From NCBI GenBank assembly GCA_963665235.2, contig CAXXLX010000001.1, positions 3,424,001 through 3,488,000 of the forward strand: a stretch of DNA of 64,000 nucleotides, written 5' to 3'. Below the pieces are notes generated by a model, which made no database searches, was not told the origin of the DNA, and worked only from the letters and a program-made list of their open reading frames with translations. Source of the DNA: Candidatus Poribacteria bacterium. Lineage in GTDB: Bacteria; Poribacteria; WGA-4E; WGA-3G. The position numbers and the translations under genes are program-made. Below, one piece after another: positions 1-9,250 of the stretch (within the stretch, counting starts at the first letter, position 1; each line of letters begins with the position of its first letter).

Positions 1-177
1 ACGCAGTGGGTCTTTGCCGATAAAATAGTCAGCAAGTTCGTCCACTGCAGCCATAGTGCTTCTTGCCTTACCTTCAAGCGTAGTCTCACCCCACCCGACG
101 ATACCGGTATCTGTCGTAATTTTAACGAGACGCGTCCGTCGACGTGGGTAGAATTGTTCAATAGTCGCAATTTTCAT
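1..177 (-). CDS. Mandelate racemase/galactonate dehydratase-family enolase, 5' part only (runs off window)
   Basis: Manual translation MKIATIEQFYPRRRTRLVKITTDTGIVGWGETTLEGK..., a typical DgoD-like N-terminus; SD AAGGAAA upstream. Confidence 0.75.
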   Translation of the reverse strand, partial: MKIATIEQFYPRRRTRLVKITTDTGIVGWGETTLEGKARSTMAAVDELADYFIGKDPLR

Positions 178-194
178 AAGAATTTCCTTTATTT

Positions 195-310
195 TTAGCA
201 ATTGGCAATTAGCAATTAGCAATTAGCAAGATGTTGTGATTCTAATACGCGTTCTGAAGCGCGTCAAAAACCTCTTTCTCTTGCTAACAGCTATAAGCCA
301 TAAGCCAAAC
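195..310 (+). repeat. Heptamer-flanked dispersed repeat, copy 1
   Basis: (TTAGCAA)n + core GCAAGAtgTTGTGATTCTA...TCTGAnGCGCGTCAAAAAcCTCTTTCTCTTGCTAA + (AnAGCCA)n; also at 10673, 12024, 17691. Confidence 0.85.
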
Positions 311-323
311 CATAGGAGGAATT

Positions 324-1661
324 ATGTCTTCACAACCTAATATTCTTTTCATGATTGCCGATGACCATCGGTTTGATGCCATTGCAGGTATGGGTGACCC
401 AACCGTGCAAACACCAACGTTGGATTCTCTCATGGCGCGCGGAACGACGTGCCGCCAAACACATATCATGGGCTCTCTCGTCGGGGCAGTCTGTGTACCG
501 AGCCGAGCTGCTGTCCTCACAAGTGCGAATCTCTTCCGCAGCGGTGGAAATCAGCTTAACCCAGATTTAGCTGTCTGGCCACAAGTCATGCGCGAGACAG
601 GGTATCACACCTTTTTTAGCGGTAAGTGGCACAATGACAGACAGACATTTAACAACAGTTTCGATGACGGGGCTACAATTTTCTTCGGTGGCATGGGGAA
701 TCAATATAAGGTCCCAATTTTCGATTTTGATCCGACGGGGGCATACCCGAAAGATGCCAGATATATCGGTGATACGTTCTCAACGACGCTGTTTACAGAC
801 TCCGCCGTGCAATTTGTAGAAAACTATGACCAAACGGACCCATTTTTCCTTTATCTATCCTTCACTTCCCCTCACGATCCGAGAACAGCCCCGGGTGAAT
901 ATGCCACAATGTATCCCCCAGAGGATATCCCTGTTCCAGAGAACTTTCTTCCCGAACATCCGTTTGACAACGGGGAGATGCGAATTCGGGATGAAGTATT
1001 GGCAGAATTCCCGCGCACCCCTGAAATCGTCCAGCAACACATCGCCGACTATTACGGAATGATTACACACATGGATGTCGAAATGGGACGCTTGTTGCAG
1101 ACACTAGAGGCCACCGGGCATCTTGAAAACACAATTGTTATTTACACCGCTGACCACGGGCTCGCTGTCGGGCAACACGGGTTGCTTGGTAAACAGAATC
1201 TCTATAACCACAGCATCCGCGTCCCCTCAATATTCGCCGGTCCAGGCGTACCGGTCGGTCAGACAGTAGACGCTTTGACCTACCTCCACGACTTGTTCCC
1301 AACCGTGTGTGACCTTACCGGCGCTGACTGTCCGGACACAGTAGAAGGTCACAGCTTAGTTCCGTTGATGGAAGGGCATGTAGAGAAAGTCTACGATACA
1401 GTTTTCGCCGCATACAAAGACATTCAACGCACTGTCAGCGATGGCCGGTGGAAGCTAATTCGGTACTATGTTTCCAAAGATACAGGCAAAGGTACGGATT
1501 GCATCCAACTTTTCGACCTACAACGCGATCCGTGGGAAACAAAAGACCTATCTGATCGTCCGGAATACGCTGAACAGATTCGTGCATTAGGGGCTGACCT
1601 CAAAAAATGGCAGCACAAGACAAACGACTTTTTGAAAGATGCACCTATATTGCCATCCTAG
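324..1661 (+). CDS. Sulfatase (choline-sulfatase-like, Cys-type FGly)
   Basis: PNILFMIADD, CVPSR (CxPxR), GKWH, PHDP, YTADHG motifs; SD GGAGGA. Confidence 0.9.
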   Translation: MSSQPNILFMIADDHRFDAIAGMGDPTVQTPTLDSLMARGTTCRQTHIMGSLVGAVCVPSRAAVLTSANLFRSGGNQLNPDLAVWPQVMRETGYHTFFSGKWHNDRQTFNNSFDDGATIFFGGMGNQYKVPIFDFDPTGAYPKDARYIGDTFSTTLFTDSAVQFVENYDQTDPFFLYLSFTSPHDPRTAPGEYATMYPPEDIPVPENFLPEHPFDNGEMRIRDEVLAEFPRTPEIVQQHIADYYGMITHMDVEMGRLLQTLEATGHLENTIVIYTADHGLAVGQHGLLGKQNLYNHSIRVPSIFAGPGVPVGQTVDALTYLHDLFPTVCDLTGADCPDTVEGHSLVPLMEGHVEKVYDTVFAAYKDIQRTVSDGRWKLIRYYVSKDTGKGTDCIQLFDLQRDPWETKDLSDRPEYAEQIRALGADLKKWQHKTNDFLKDAPILPS

Positions 1662-1670
1662 GAGCCTCAC

Positions 1671-1707
1671 CGTTTGTAGATGCGCTTACACAGCACGTCT
1701 ACAAACG
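1671..1707. terminator. Hairpin between convergent genes (terminator or REP-like)
   Basis: CGTTTGTAGA...TCTACAAACG inverted repeat just after the sulfatase stop. Confidence 0.5.
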
Positions 1708-1842
1708 TGCTCATTTTTCGCGCCATTCTTAGTCCCGTACTATAGTTGGGACAATATCTGTGAGGTTGATGCCCGATTTGCAAAGTGCCCTCTTCTCTTT
1801 CTTATATTTCTTGCCAATTGCCAATCGCTAATCGCGATATGT

Positions 1843-2982
1843 TTATAGAGTGCTGCCGATGTTGAGCAATCGCGCAGCCTGTTCAGCCGTATCGGCTATC
1901 AATCGGGATGCGTCAGCGGATGCTTGTTCAAGCGACATCGGTTGCTGAACAATAGCCAACATCGCATCAATACCTTTATCATACACAGCATCAGCTCCCT
2001 CCGCGATGCCGCCAGCGATTGCAACTACAGGGAAATTATAGCTCTTCGCAACCCTAGCAACACCGACCGGTGTCTTTCCGAAAGCGGTTTGAAAGTCAAG
2101 CTGTCCCTCACCGGTAAAGACGAGGTCAGCATCTTTCATCCGTTCTTTGAGATTAACCGCCTCGATTATAATATCGACACCGAGTCGCAATTGGGCATCG
2201 AGGAACGCCATAAGTCCTGCCCCTAACCCCCCGGCGGCACCTGCCCCCGGTATATCGCCAAAGGATTTTCCAAGGGTGTGCATTAAGACGCGGTCGAAAT
2301 GTGCCAGATATGTATCAAGCGTTTCAACCATTTCTGGGGTTCCCCCTTTTTGGGGGCCATAGACGTGCGACGCGCCTTTTGGTCCGGTCAACAGGTTATT
2401 GACATCACAGGCAACAACTGTTTCTGTTTCTGCTACGGCGGGATGTATGCTAGTTATATCTATAGATGACAATTGTCCGAGGCCGTCGCCACCGCGCGGT
2501 ATCGGTTCACCGTTTGCGTTCAGCAGCTTGACTCCGAGGGCTTCAGCCATCCCTGCGCCGCCATCGTTCGTAGCACTTCCACCGATACCGATGATTAAGC
2601 GTCTGCATCCGAGTTCCAACGCGGTGTGTATCAGCTGCCCCGTGCCATACGTCGTGGTACGTAGCGGATTCCGTTTGTCCGCGGGAACAAGCGTGAGCCC
2701 AGAGGCAGAAGCCATTTCTATGACAGCCGTTTCTCCATCCGCGAGAATGCCGAATTTGGCCTCGACCTCATTTCCGAGGGGGGCGAGGACGCGTTCCGTT
2801 CGAATATGTCCACCGGTGGCATCGACGAGGGATTGAACCGTGCCTTCACCCCCATCTGCCATCGGAATTTTTTCAATAATGGCGTTGGGGAAGACGCGAC
2901 GGAGCCCTTCTTCCATTGCCACCGCAGCTTGCAGCGCGGTGATGCTGCCTTTAAATGAATCCGGTGCCACTACAATCTTCAT
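1843..2982 (-). CDS. glxK: Glycerate kinase (GlxK/GarK family)
   Basis: MKIVVAPDSFKGS, PMADGGEGT, GIGGSATNDGG, GAGAAGG, TGEG..D.QT..GK; start trimmed to ATG 2982. Confidence 0.92.
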   Translation of the reverse strand: MKIVVAPDSFKGSITALQAAVAMEEGLRRVFPNAIIEKIPMADGGEGTVQSLVDATGGHIRTERVLAPLGNEVEAKFGILADGETAVIEMASASGLTLVPADKRNPLRTTTYGTGQLIHTALELGCRRLIIGIGGSATNDGGAGMAEALGVKLLNANGEPIPRGGDGLGQLSSIDITSIHPAVAETETVVACDVNNLLTGPKGASHVYGPQKGGTPEMVETLDTYLAHFDRVLMHTLGKSFGDIPGAGAAGGLGAGLMAFLDAQLRLGVDIIIEAVNLKERMKDADLVFTGEGQLDFQTAFGKTPVGVARVAKSYNFPVVAIAGGIAEGADAVYDKGIDAMLAIVQQPMSLEQASADASRLIADTAEQAARLLNIGSTL

Positions 2983-2989
2983 AGCGGCT

Positions 2990-3018
2990 AGTCTATCACA
3001 ACGCCAGCAATTTGTCAA
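2990..3018 (-). promoter_or_regulatory. Sigma70 promoter of glxK, likely leaderless
   Basis: TTGACA-17-TAGACT ending 7 nt before the ATG; no SD. Confidence 0.6.
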
Positions 3019-3151
3019 ACAATTTCTGGGTGTATAAAGTTTTTGGATAACCAAAGGATAGATAACGAGTTGTGCTAAATAACTATTTGTCCAATATTAT
3101 TTCACAATTATATAACGTCTTGTTAGTTTTTATCATTGGTTGATTCCTTCT

Positions 3152-3620
3152 TTAGTCCCAGTATTCGGGCAAGCAGCCCGCTCCTCAAGGACGATATCTT
3201 TATAGAAAGTCGTTTCCACCCCGGCCTCTTAGTCCCAGTATTCGGGCAAGCAGCCCGCTCCTCAAGGACGATATCTTTATATGAATGTCAAATATCTGTG
3301 AAAACAACAAAAACAACTCGTTAACTAGCACAAGTCGTTTCTTTAGTCCCGTAGGGACGATATCTTTATAGAAGCAGCGGTTCCCGCCCCGGCCTCTTAG
3401 TGGTTTACTCGGTAATTAATTTTGGTTTCGCCCGTTCTAAATACCCCCCTAACCCCCCCCGCAAGCAGGGGGGAAAGGACTTTTGGGGTTATTACATGAG
3501 TTTTATATCTGATAAATCTTTAGCGAGTGAACCACTTAGTCCCGTAGGGACGATATCTTTATAGAAGCAGCGGTTCCCGCCCCGACTCTTAGTCCCGTAG
3601 GGACGATATCTTTATAGAAG
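3152..3620 (+). repeat. Cluster of 5 REP-like units TTAGTCCC(gtag)GGACGATATCTTTATAGAA
   Basis: Copies near 3152 and 3229 (with a cgggcaagcagcccg insert), 3343, 3536 and 3589; a relative at 35638. Confidence 0.85.
3400..3535. mobile_element. 136-bp MITE inserted in the repeat cluster
   Basis: TIR GTGGTTTACTCG / CGAGTGAACCAC (11/12 match); TTA duplicated at 3397-3399 and 3536-3538; internal C/G-rich palindrome. Confidence 0.8.
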
Positions 3621-3862
3621 TGCAAACGGATATTTATTATCAAGCTCACGTTTTTATGAAGAAAAATCAAACCATTCGCAACTAACATAACAGCACCCCA
3701 AAACATTTTTCGGAGAGAAGCGGCACGGTTTGCAACTCACCTGACCAGACCTCGATAGCGAAAGTGTAACATTTCATTTTTTTTAAAAATCGTCCAAGGG
3801 GGGTGTAAACGGGTTACAAACATAGACGGGGTGTGAGTTTCCGCACATTCAGAACCCAAAAC

Positions 3863-3898
3863 CGAATGTTACACTTTGTGTCGAAAGTGTAACATTCG
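3863..3898. promoter_or_regulatory. 15-bp perfect inverted repeat, operator-like
   Basis: CGAATGTTACACTTT-6-AAAGTGTAACATTCG; a third half-site at 3759-3773. Confidence 0.45.
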
Positions 3899-3972
3899 CA
3901 CCGGTTTTGCACAAAAACTTTACACACCCAGCACCCATCGACAATTGAATGTCTCTGCTAGGAAAAAATGAT

Positions 3973-4001
3973 TTGACAAAATAGAGAAATTATGTGAGAA
4001 T
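3973..4001 (+). promoter_or_regulatory. Putative sigma70 promoter for VOC-queE
   Basis: TTGACA-17-GAGAAT. Confidence 0.45.
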
Positions 4002-4039
4002 TTTATATATTATTCGACGATTAGAAAGGAATTTTTACA

Positions 4040-4411
4040 ATGGCATATACATTTCATCACATCCATCTTCGATGTGAAGACCTTGAAGCGGCAATTCACT
4101 ATTACGAGAAGATGTTAGATGGGAAGGTTACCGAGACTGTTGAGGTGAGAGGTTTAAAAATTGTACGCATGGACATCGGTGGCGAACAAATTTTTCTCTC
4201 CCCTAAGTTTGGCGACATGGACGTAGAGCCCACTAGCGGAAATCCACGCTGGGGTGTCTATCAACTCGCTTTTACTGTGGAAGATTTGGATGCAGCGGTT
4301 GCTGACCTACAGGAAAAAGGGGCTGAACTTGAAGACCTGAAACCCGCCGGACTCATGATGGCGTTTTTCAAGGGGCCCGATAACGTGCAAATTGAACTTA
4401 TTGAGGCATAA
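4040..4411 (+). CDS. VOC/glyoxalase family protein
   Basis: FHHIHLRCEDLE..., QLAFTVEDLDAA, FFKGPDNVQIELIE; SD AAGGA. Confidence 0.88.
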   Translation: MAYTFHHIHLRCEDLEAAIHYYEKMLDGKVTETVEVRGLKIVRMDIGGEQIFLSPKFGDMDVEPTSGNPRWGVYQLAFTVEDLDAAVADLQEKGAELEDLKPAGLMMAFFKGPDNVQIELIEA

Positions 4412-4503
4412 CGATTAAGATGGGGTTTTTGAACCGCTATCACCGATTGTATTCTTGGCGTTCGCTGATAAGATGCGGTTATCGGCTTGGGGTTACGGAT
4501 TGA

Positions 4504-5184
4504 ATGAAATTTAGTGAGCTTTTCTATACAATTCAGGGGGAAGGACAGCTTATAGGTGTTCCATCGGTTTTTTTTCGAACGAGCTATTGCAACCTCAGAT
4601 GTATCTGGTGTGACACACCCTACACATCTTGGAAACCTGAAGATAGAGACATCACTGTTGCTGAAAGCGTCGAGGCAATTGTCCAGTACAATTGCAAGCA
4701 CGTCGTCATCACAGGTGGCGAACCGTTCATTCAAACTGCGGAGCTGATAGCACTATGTCGCGAGTTGGATAGACGGGGGCACCATATCACGATTGAAACG
4801 AATGCGACGCGCTTCGCTGCGGTTGCTGCACATCTGATTTCTATGAGCCCGAAGTTGCGCAATTCCAATCCCCCGACAGATAATCGCTTTTTCAAGCGAC
4901 ATGAGCGGGAACGTATCGCGCCTGAAGTTATCCGAAAATTTTTGGATACCTATCCGTGCCAAGTCAAGTTTGTGGTAGACACTCCCGATGATCTGGAGGA
5001 AATTCAAACGTTGCAGAAAAATATCGGTATTCCGGCAGAGACGATTCTGCTGATGCCTCAAGGCATAACGCCGCAGACGCTACAGCAGAAGCAGGCATGG
5101 CTGGTCGAGCTCTGTAAAGAGAACGGATATCGCTACTCCCCCCGCATGCATGTTGATATCTGGGGCAATGAACGCGGGGTCTAA
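4504..5184 (+). CDS. queE: 7-carboxy-7-deazaguanine synthase (radical SAM)
   Basis: ELFYTIQGEG, CNLRCIWCDT, VITGGEP, IETN, SPK, PRMH. Confidence 0.92.
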   Translation: MKFSELFYTIQGEGQLIGVPSVFFRTSYCNLRCIWCDTPYTSWKPEDRDITVAESVEAIVQYNCKHVVITGGEPFIQTAELIALCRELDRRGHHITIETNATRFAAVAAHLISMSPKLRNSNPPTDNRFFKRHERERIAPEVIRKFLDTYPCQVKFVVDTPDDLEEIQTLQKNIGIPAETILLMPQGITPQTLQQKQAWLVELCKENGYRYSPRMHVDIWGNERGV

Positions 5185-5240
5185 CAGAAGCGAGGGAAGA
5201 CGTTCAGCGGACTAATTGATGGAAAGGGAAGATTTGATAG

Positions 5241-5660
5241 ATGTCACGTATAGCACAAAGGATAAGCGGCTGTTATAGGCGAGTCCTGCTTTTTCTCATC
5301 GCGATTCTCCTTGTCTGTATAGGCATTGGCGCGATTGTTTACAGCCGAGTCGGCGGACTTGAAGGGGCACGCTATTGGATGGCTGAGCGTGCTCTAAATG
5401 GGACAGAAAAGCACCTGCTGACAAACCGCCCCGATGGTATTCCACAGGAGCAGGTGGTTACGCTATTTAAAAGGGTTCGGGATGCGAATAAGAATCGACA
5501 GGTCGATTTGATAGCACTTTACAAGGTGCTTGAGGCGTATCAAGTCGCTTACAAGGCGTTGGGCTCGGAGCAGAAAGCATTTTTGGAATCAAAAAAGCTG
5601 TCAACGCCAGAGGTGGAAGTGTTCTTAAGTGAACTTGAGAAGACAATTTTTTCAGAATAG
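5241..5660 (+). CDS. Hypothetical protein with N-terminal membrane anchor
   Basis: Hydrophobic VLLFLIAILLVCIGIGAIV segment; co-oriented with queE. Confidence 0.65.
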   Translation: MSRIAQRISGCYRRVLLFLIAILLVCIGIGAIVYSRVGGLEGARYWMAERALNGTEKHLLTNRPDGIPQEQVVTLFKRVRDANKNRQVDLIALYKVLEAYQVAYKALGSEQKAFLESKKLSTPEVEVFLSELEKTIFSE

Positions 5661-5669
5661 CGGGTTTGG

Positions 5670-6743
5670 TTAGGGATGGGCATTTTGGAACGTCGCAATC
5701 ATCTGCCGAATATCTGTTATATCTGCGTCATCGCTCAAACGGTTTCTGATAATTACGGTGAGAGCCTGTTGAAACCGTTCCTTTACATCGCCCCAGGCTG
5801 TGAGCAACACCCGGCTTTCAAGGGTGTCTGGGCGTGCAATCGCTTTCAAGAGCCGGTGGATAATAGAGAGATAGAAGAGTAGATGATGACCATCTACACG
5901 TGCAGCGATGTCCGCCGGTGAGCATGTCTCGCGATGTGTGGTCACCCATTCTGCGTAGCGATTGACGAGTTCGCGGTTCAACAGTGAGACGAAGTTCGCG
6001 CCTGCTTGATTCGCACCAATGCTATTGAAGAATTGTGTTAACCGCTGTTCTGGCCAATCCCAGCCGACGCTTCCGAAATCGATGAAGAACGGGTTTTCCC
6101 CGGCAATCGTGATGTTGCGTGCCTGATAATCAAGGCTATTCAAAGTGAGTGGGGCATCCTGAAGTCGGCGCGACAGGGATGTCCATGCGGTGTCAAGCTG
6201 TTCTGCTTCGGATGGAGTCAGTGCTGTGCCGCTTAAATGGGCGAGATAGCTGACGGTTTTTTTACCCTGTTCGAGCACACGGTGTAGGTTAGCATTCGGC
6301 TCGGAACGGAATATGTAAGGTTTAAATTGCCTGGCGTTTTCTGAAAAAACGGTTTCAATTCGACAAAGTTCCGTAAGGATAGTGTGCAAAATAGACTGGA
6401 TATCTGCTATCGGGTGTTTTTGTGCTAGGGTGTCAAGTGTCAGTTCCCCGCACCATGCTAGGAGTAGGACGTGGTCAAGCTCAGACTGCCAAATAATCCT
6501 CGGAACGGGGCACCCGTTTCGGTATAACGTTGACAACACAGCGGACTCAATTTGGAAGGGTGTATAGCCTGTTTTAACAACTGGTGTGGTGATGTCATGC
6601 TGTTTAAGCAGATAGCTTTCGGTCCCGATTTTCAACCGGTAGACGTTTCGTTTTTGCTGTGTGCCGTGCAGAATTGGTTCAACGCGGATTGCCGCGGGGT
6701 TGATTTGGAGATGTTCCGCAATCCGCTCAAGGAGTTGTTGCAT
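5670..6743 (-). CDS. Aminoglycoside phosphotransferase/kinase-like protein
   Basis: YLLK, PVPRI, LDYQARNI, FFIDFG kinase-fold motifs; start set at MQQLL, since the upstream ORF extension is repeat-derived. Confidence 0.7.
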   Translation of the reverse strand: MQQLLERIAEHLQINPAAIRVEPILHGTQQKRNVYRLKIGTESYLLKQHDITTPVVKTGYTPFQIESAVLSTLYRNGCPVPRIIWQSELDHVLLLAWCGELTLDTLAQKHPIADIQSILHTILTELCRIETVFSENARQFKPYIFRSEPNANLHRVLEQGKKTVSYLAHLSGTALTPSEAEQLDTAWTSLSRRLQDAPLTLNSLDYQARNITIAGENPFFIDFGSVGWDWPEQRLTQFFNSIGANQAGANFVSLLNRELVNRYAEWVTTHRETCSPADIAARVDGHHLLFYLSIIHRLLKAIARPDTLESRVLLTAWGDVKERFQQALTVIIRNRLSDDADITDIRQMIATFQNAHP

Positions 6744-6764
6744 TTTTAAAGGTCCCCAGCACTG

Positions 6765-7247
6765 TGTGTTCTTTCTTGTAGCATAAACTTCCAGTTTGTG
6801 TGTAGCATTTAGTTTGTGTTCTTTCGTAGCATAAACTTCCAGTTTGTGTGCTTTATCGTAGCATAAACTTCCAGTTTGTGTTCTTTCTTGTAGCATAAAC
6901 TTCCAGTTTGTGTGCTTTATTGTAGCATAAACTTCCAGTTTGTGTGCTTTATTGTAGCATAAACTTCCAGTTTGTGTTCTTTCTTGTAGCATAAACTTCC
7001 AGTGCACGCTTTGTGTTCTTTCTTGTAGCATAAACTTCCAGTTTGTGTGCTTTATCGTAGCATAAACTTCCAGTTTGTGTTCTTTCTCGTAGCATAAACT
7101 TCCAGTTTGTGTTCTTTCTTGTAGCATAAACTTCCAGTTTGTGTTCTTTATCGTAGCATAAACTTCCAGTTTGTGTTCTTTCTTGTAGCATAAACTTCCA
7201 GTTTGTGTTCTTTCTTGTAGCATAAACTTCCAGTTTGTGCCGTTCTT
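6765..7247 (+). repeat. Tandem GTAG-hairpin array 1 (14 full cores + 1 partial, mostly 32-bp period)
   Basis: Core GTAGCATAAACTTCCAGTTTGTG at 6778, 6826, 6858 ... 7217; linkers ttctttctt or tgctttat(t/c). Confidence 0.95.
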
Positions 7248-7350
7248 GCTAATCGCTAATCGCTAATCGCCAATTGCCAAATGCCAATTCCTAAAATAGA
7301 CGTTGGGTCTGGCGTTAGGTTGAGATTCACGGATAAATCTAAAAAAAATG

Positions 7351-7379
7351 TTGCATGCTTTGTGAAAACGTGGTATAAT
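7351..7379 (+). promoter_or_regulatory. rpsB operon promoter
   Basis: TTGCAT-17-TATAAT with extended -10 TGG. Confidence 0.7.
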
Positions 7380-7416
7380 TAAAGCAGCATAAAAGGAATA
7401 ATACAACTATGGATAC

Positions 7417-7538
7417 GACACGTCTCCAGATTTGCACGGCGGGTTCTCTCATTGCGAGAGTCTGATGCAGATGTGAAGGAGATGGGTGTTTAAACCCAAT
7501 AGGAGCCTTAGGGTTCCAATAAACCTAGGAGGTTTTTT
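7417..7538 (+). ncRNA. Putative rpsB (S2) leader / t44-like cis-regulatory RNA
   Basis: Nested stems acacgtctcc/ggagatgggtgt and ctctc/gagag in a long 5'UTR of rpsB; S2 autoregulatory leaders are known at this position. Confidence 0.5.
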
Positions 7539-8450
7539 TTGGCAGTTACAATGAAAGAACTCCTTGAATGTGGAGTTCACTTCGGGCACCAAACCCGGCG
7601 CTGGAATCCGAAGATGGCTGAGTATATCTTCGCTGAGCGTAACGGGATTTATATTATTGATTTGCAGAAAACCTTGCGAATGCTTGAAACAGCGGTCGAG
7701 TTTGTTCAAGAAGTTGCCGCCAGAGGCGGTTCAGTTCTGTTTGTCGGAACGAAACGGCAATCTCAAGAAGCGGTTTTCGAGGAGGCGCACCGGTGCAAAA
7801 TGTATCATGTCAACCATCGATGGCTCGGTGGGATGTTGACGAATTTTCAGACGATTCGCCGTAGTATCAAGCGACTTGATGAACTTGATGCACAAGAAGA
7901 TAGTGGTGAGATCGAAAAGCTCCCTAAGAAAGAAATTATTCGGCTTAGACGGGAAAAAGGTAAATTGTCTAATAACCTCAGCGGTATCAGAGAGATGCCT
8001 GTTCTTCCGGAGGTTGTTATCGTCACTGATACGCGTAAGGAGCATACTGCGATTGCTGAGGCGAATAAGCTCGGTATTCCGATAATTGCAATAGTTGATA
8101 CCAATTGTGATCCGGACCCCATTGACTTACCGATTCCTGGCAATGACGATGCTATCCGGTCAATCCGGTTAATTTGCTCGGTGCTGTCGGAGGCTGTAAT
8201 TCAGGGTCGGGGTGACGTTTTAGAGGGGCAGGAAGTTGCGGCAGAAGCTCCAAAACGTGATGCTGAGCCGACACCTCTTGACATTGTTGCAGAAGTGGAG
8301 CGGCACGAAGAACAGACAGCGCAAATTGTTGATGCTGCGCATCTTTCAGCGGAGCCGGAGGCAATTGGCGATGGAGAGCAACGACAGGGAAGACCGCCAC
8401 GCCAGGGCCAGAGAAAAAGAGCACGTCGCCCAAGAAGACCAGGACAATAA
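7539..8450 (+). CDS. rpsB: 30S ribosomal protein S2
   Basis: [45 protein letters not shown]; TTG start after GGAGG. Confidence 0.98.
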   Translation: MAVTMKELLECGVHFGHQTRRWNPKMAEYIFAERNGIYIIDLQKTLRMLETAVEFVQEVAARGGSVLFVGTKRQSQEAVFEEAHRCKMYHVNHRWLGGMLTNFQTIRRSIKRLDELDAQEDSGEIEKLPKKEIIRLRREKGKLSNNLSGIREMPVLPEVVIVTDTRKEHTAIAEANKLGIPIIAIVDTNCDPDPIDLPIPGNDDAIRSIRLICSVLSEAVIQGRGDVLEGQEVAAEAPKRDAEPTPLDIVAEVERHEEQTAQIVDAAHLSAEPEAIGDGEQRQGRPPRQGQRKRARRPRRPGQ

Positions 8451-8537
8451 ACGGCTATTTATAAAGGCAACGGACAATGGCTCTCTTGGAGGTCTTAATC
8501 GGAATTCTCTGAAACTTAAATGCAAATTGGAGGAAAT

Positions 8538-9131
8538 ATGGCAATTACAGCAAAAATGGTCAGTGAGCTCCGTTCGCGAACAGGTGCCGGAATTATGGAC
8601 TGCAAAAAGGCATTAACTGAAACGGATGGAGATATGGAGGCAGCAATTCAGAAATTGCGTGAACAAGGTTTGCGCGCTTCTGAAGTCAAAGGCGGACGAG
8701 CAACAGAAGAGGGGCTCATCGTCTCCTATATTCACCCCGGGAATCGGGTCGGCACTTTAGTGGAATTAAATTGCGAAACCGACTTCGTTGCAAGAACGGA
8801 ACAATTTCAACAGCTGGCGAAAGAAATTGCTATGCAGGTAGCTGCTGCGAAACCGAAATACGTTACTAAAGACGATGTTCCCGAAGAAGAACTCGAAGCG
8901 GAAAAAGCAATCTTGAAAACACAGGCTCTACAAGAAGGAAAACCTGCCCATATTGTTGATAAAATCATCGAGGGGAGACTTTCCAAATTTTACACCGAAA
9001 CGTGTTTACTCCAACAACCTTACATCCGCGACGCTGACAAATCTATAGAAGATCTCGTCAAAGATGCAATCGCACAGCTTGGAGAAAATATCGTTGTTAA
9101 ACGTTTTGTACTCTATGTCCTCGGACAGTGA
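8538..9131 (+). CDS. tsf: Elongation factor Ts (short form)
   Basis: LRSRTGAGIMDCKKAL, VELNCETDFVA; ATG after GGAGG. Confidence 0.97.
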   Translation: MAITAKMVSELRSRTGAGIMDCKKALTETDGDMEAAIQKLREQGLRASEVKGGRATEEGLIVSYIHPGNRVGTLVELNCETDFVARTEQFQQLAKEIAMQVAAAKPKYVTKDDVPEEELEAEKAILKTQALQEGKPAHIVDKIIEGRLSKFYTETCLLQQPYIRDADKSIEDLVKDAIAQLGENIVVKRFVLYVLGQ

Positions 9132-9250
9132 AACTTACCGGGGCAAGCGATTATCGCTGAACGGTGGCAGGTCGATGTCTGAATTTAAACGGGACGGGCC
9201 ACTCGTTCGAAATCTATAATCTATAATTTGAAAGGACTAGGTGAATTCAG

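Noticed and set aside
4504-5184. Dpd-type 7-deazaguanine DNA modification system (queE + queC)
   Set aside because: The genes are 41 kb apart with no dpdA-like gene; ordinary queuosine synthesis suffices.
6765-7247. CRISPR or TIGR-like guide array (also 14805-15090, 44139-44225, 45605-45905)
   Set aside because: Linkers are only 8-10 nt and nearly identical within an array; no cas or Nop-domain gene is present; the core fits a GTAG-REP hairpin.
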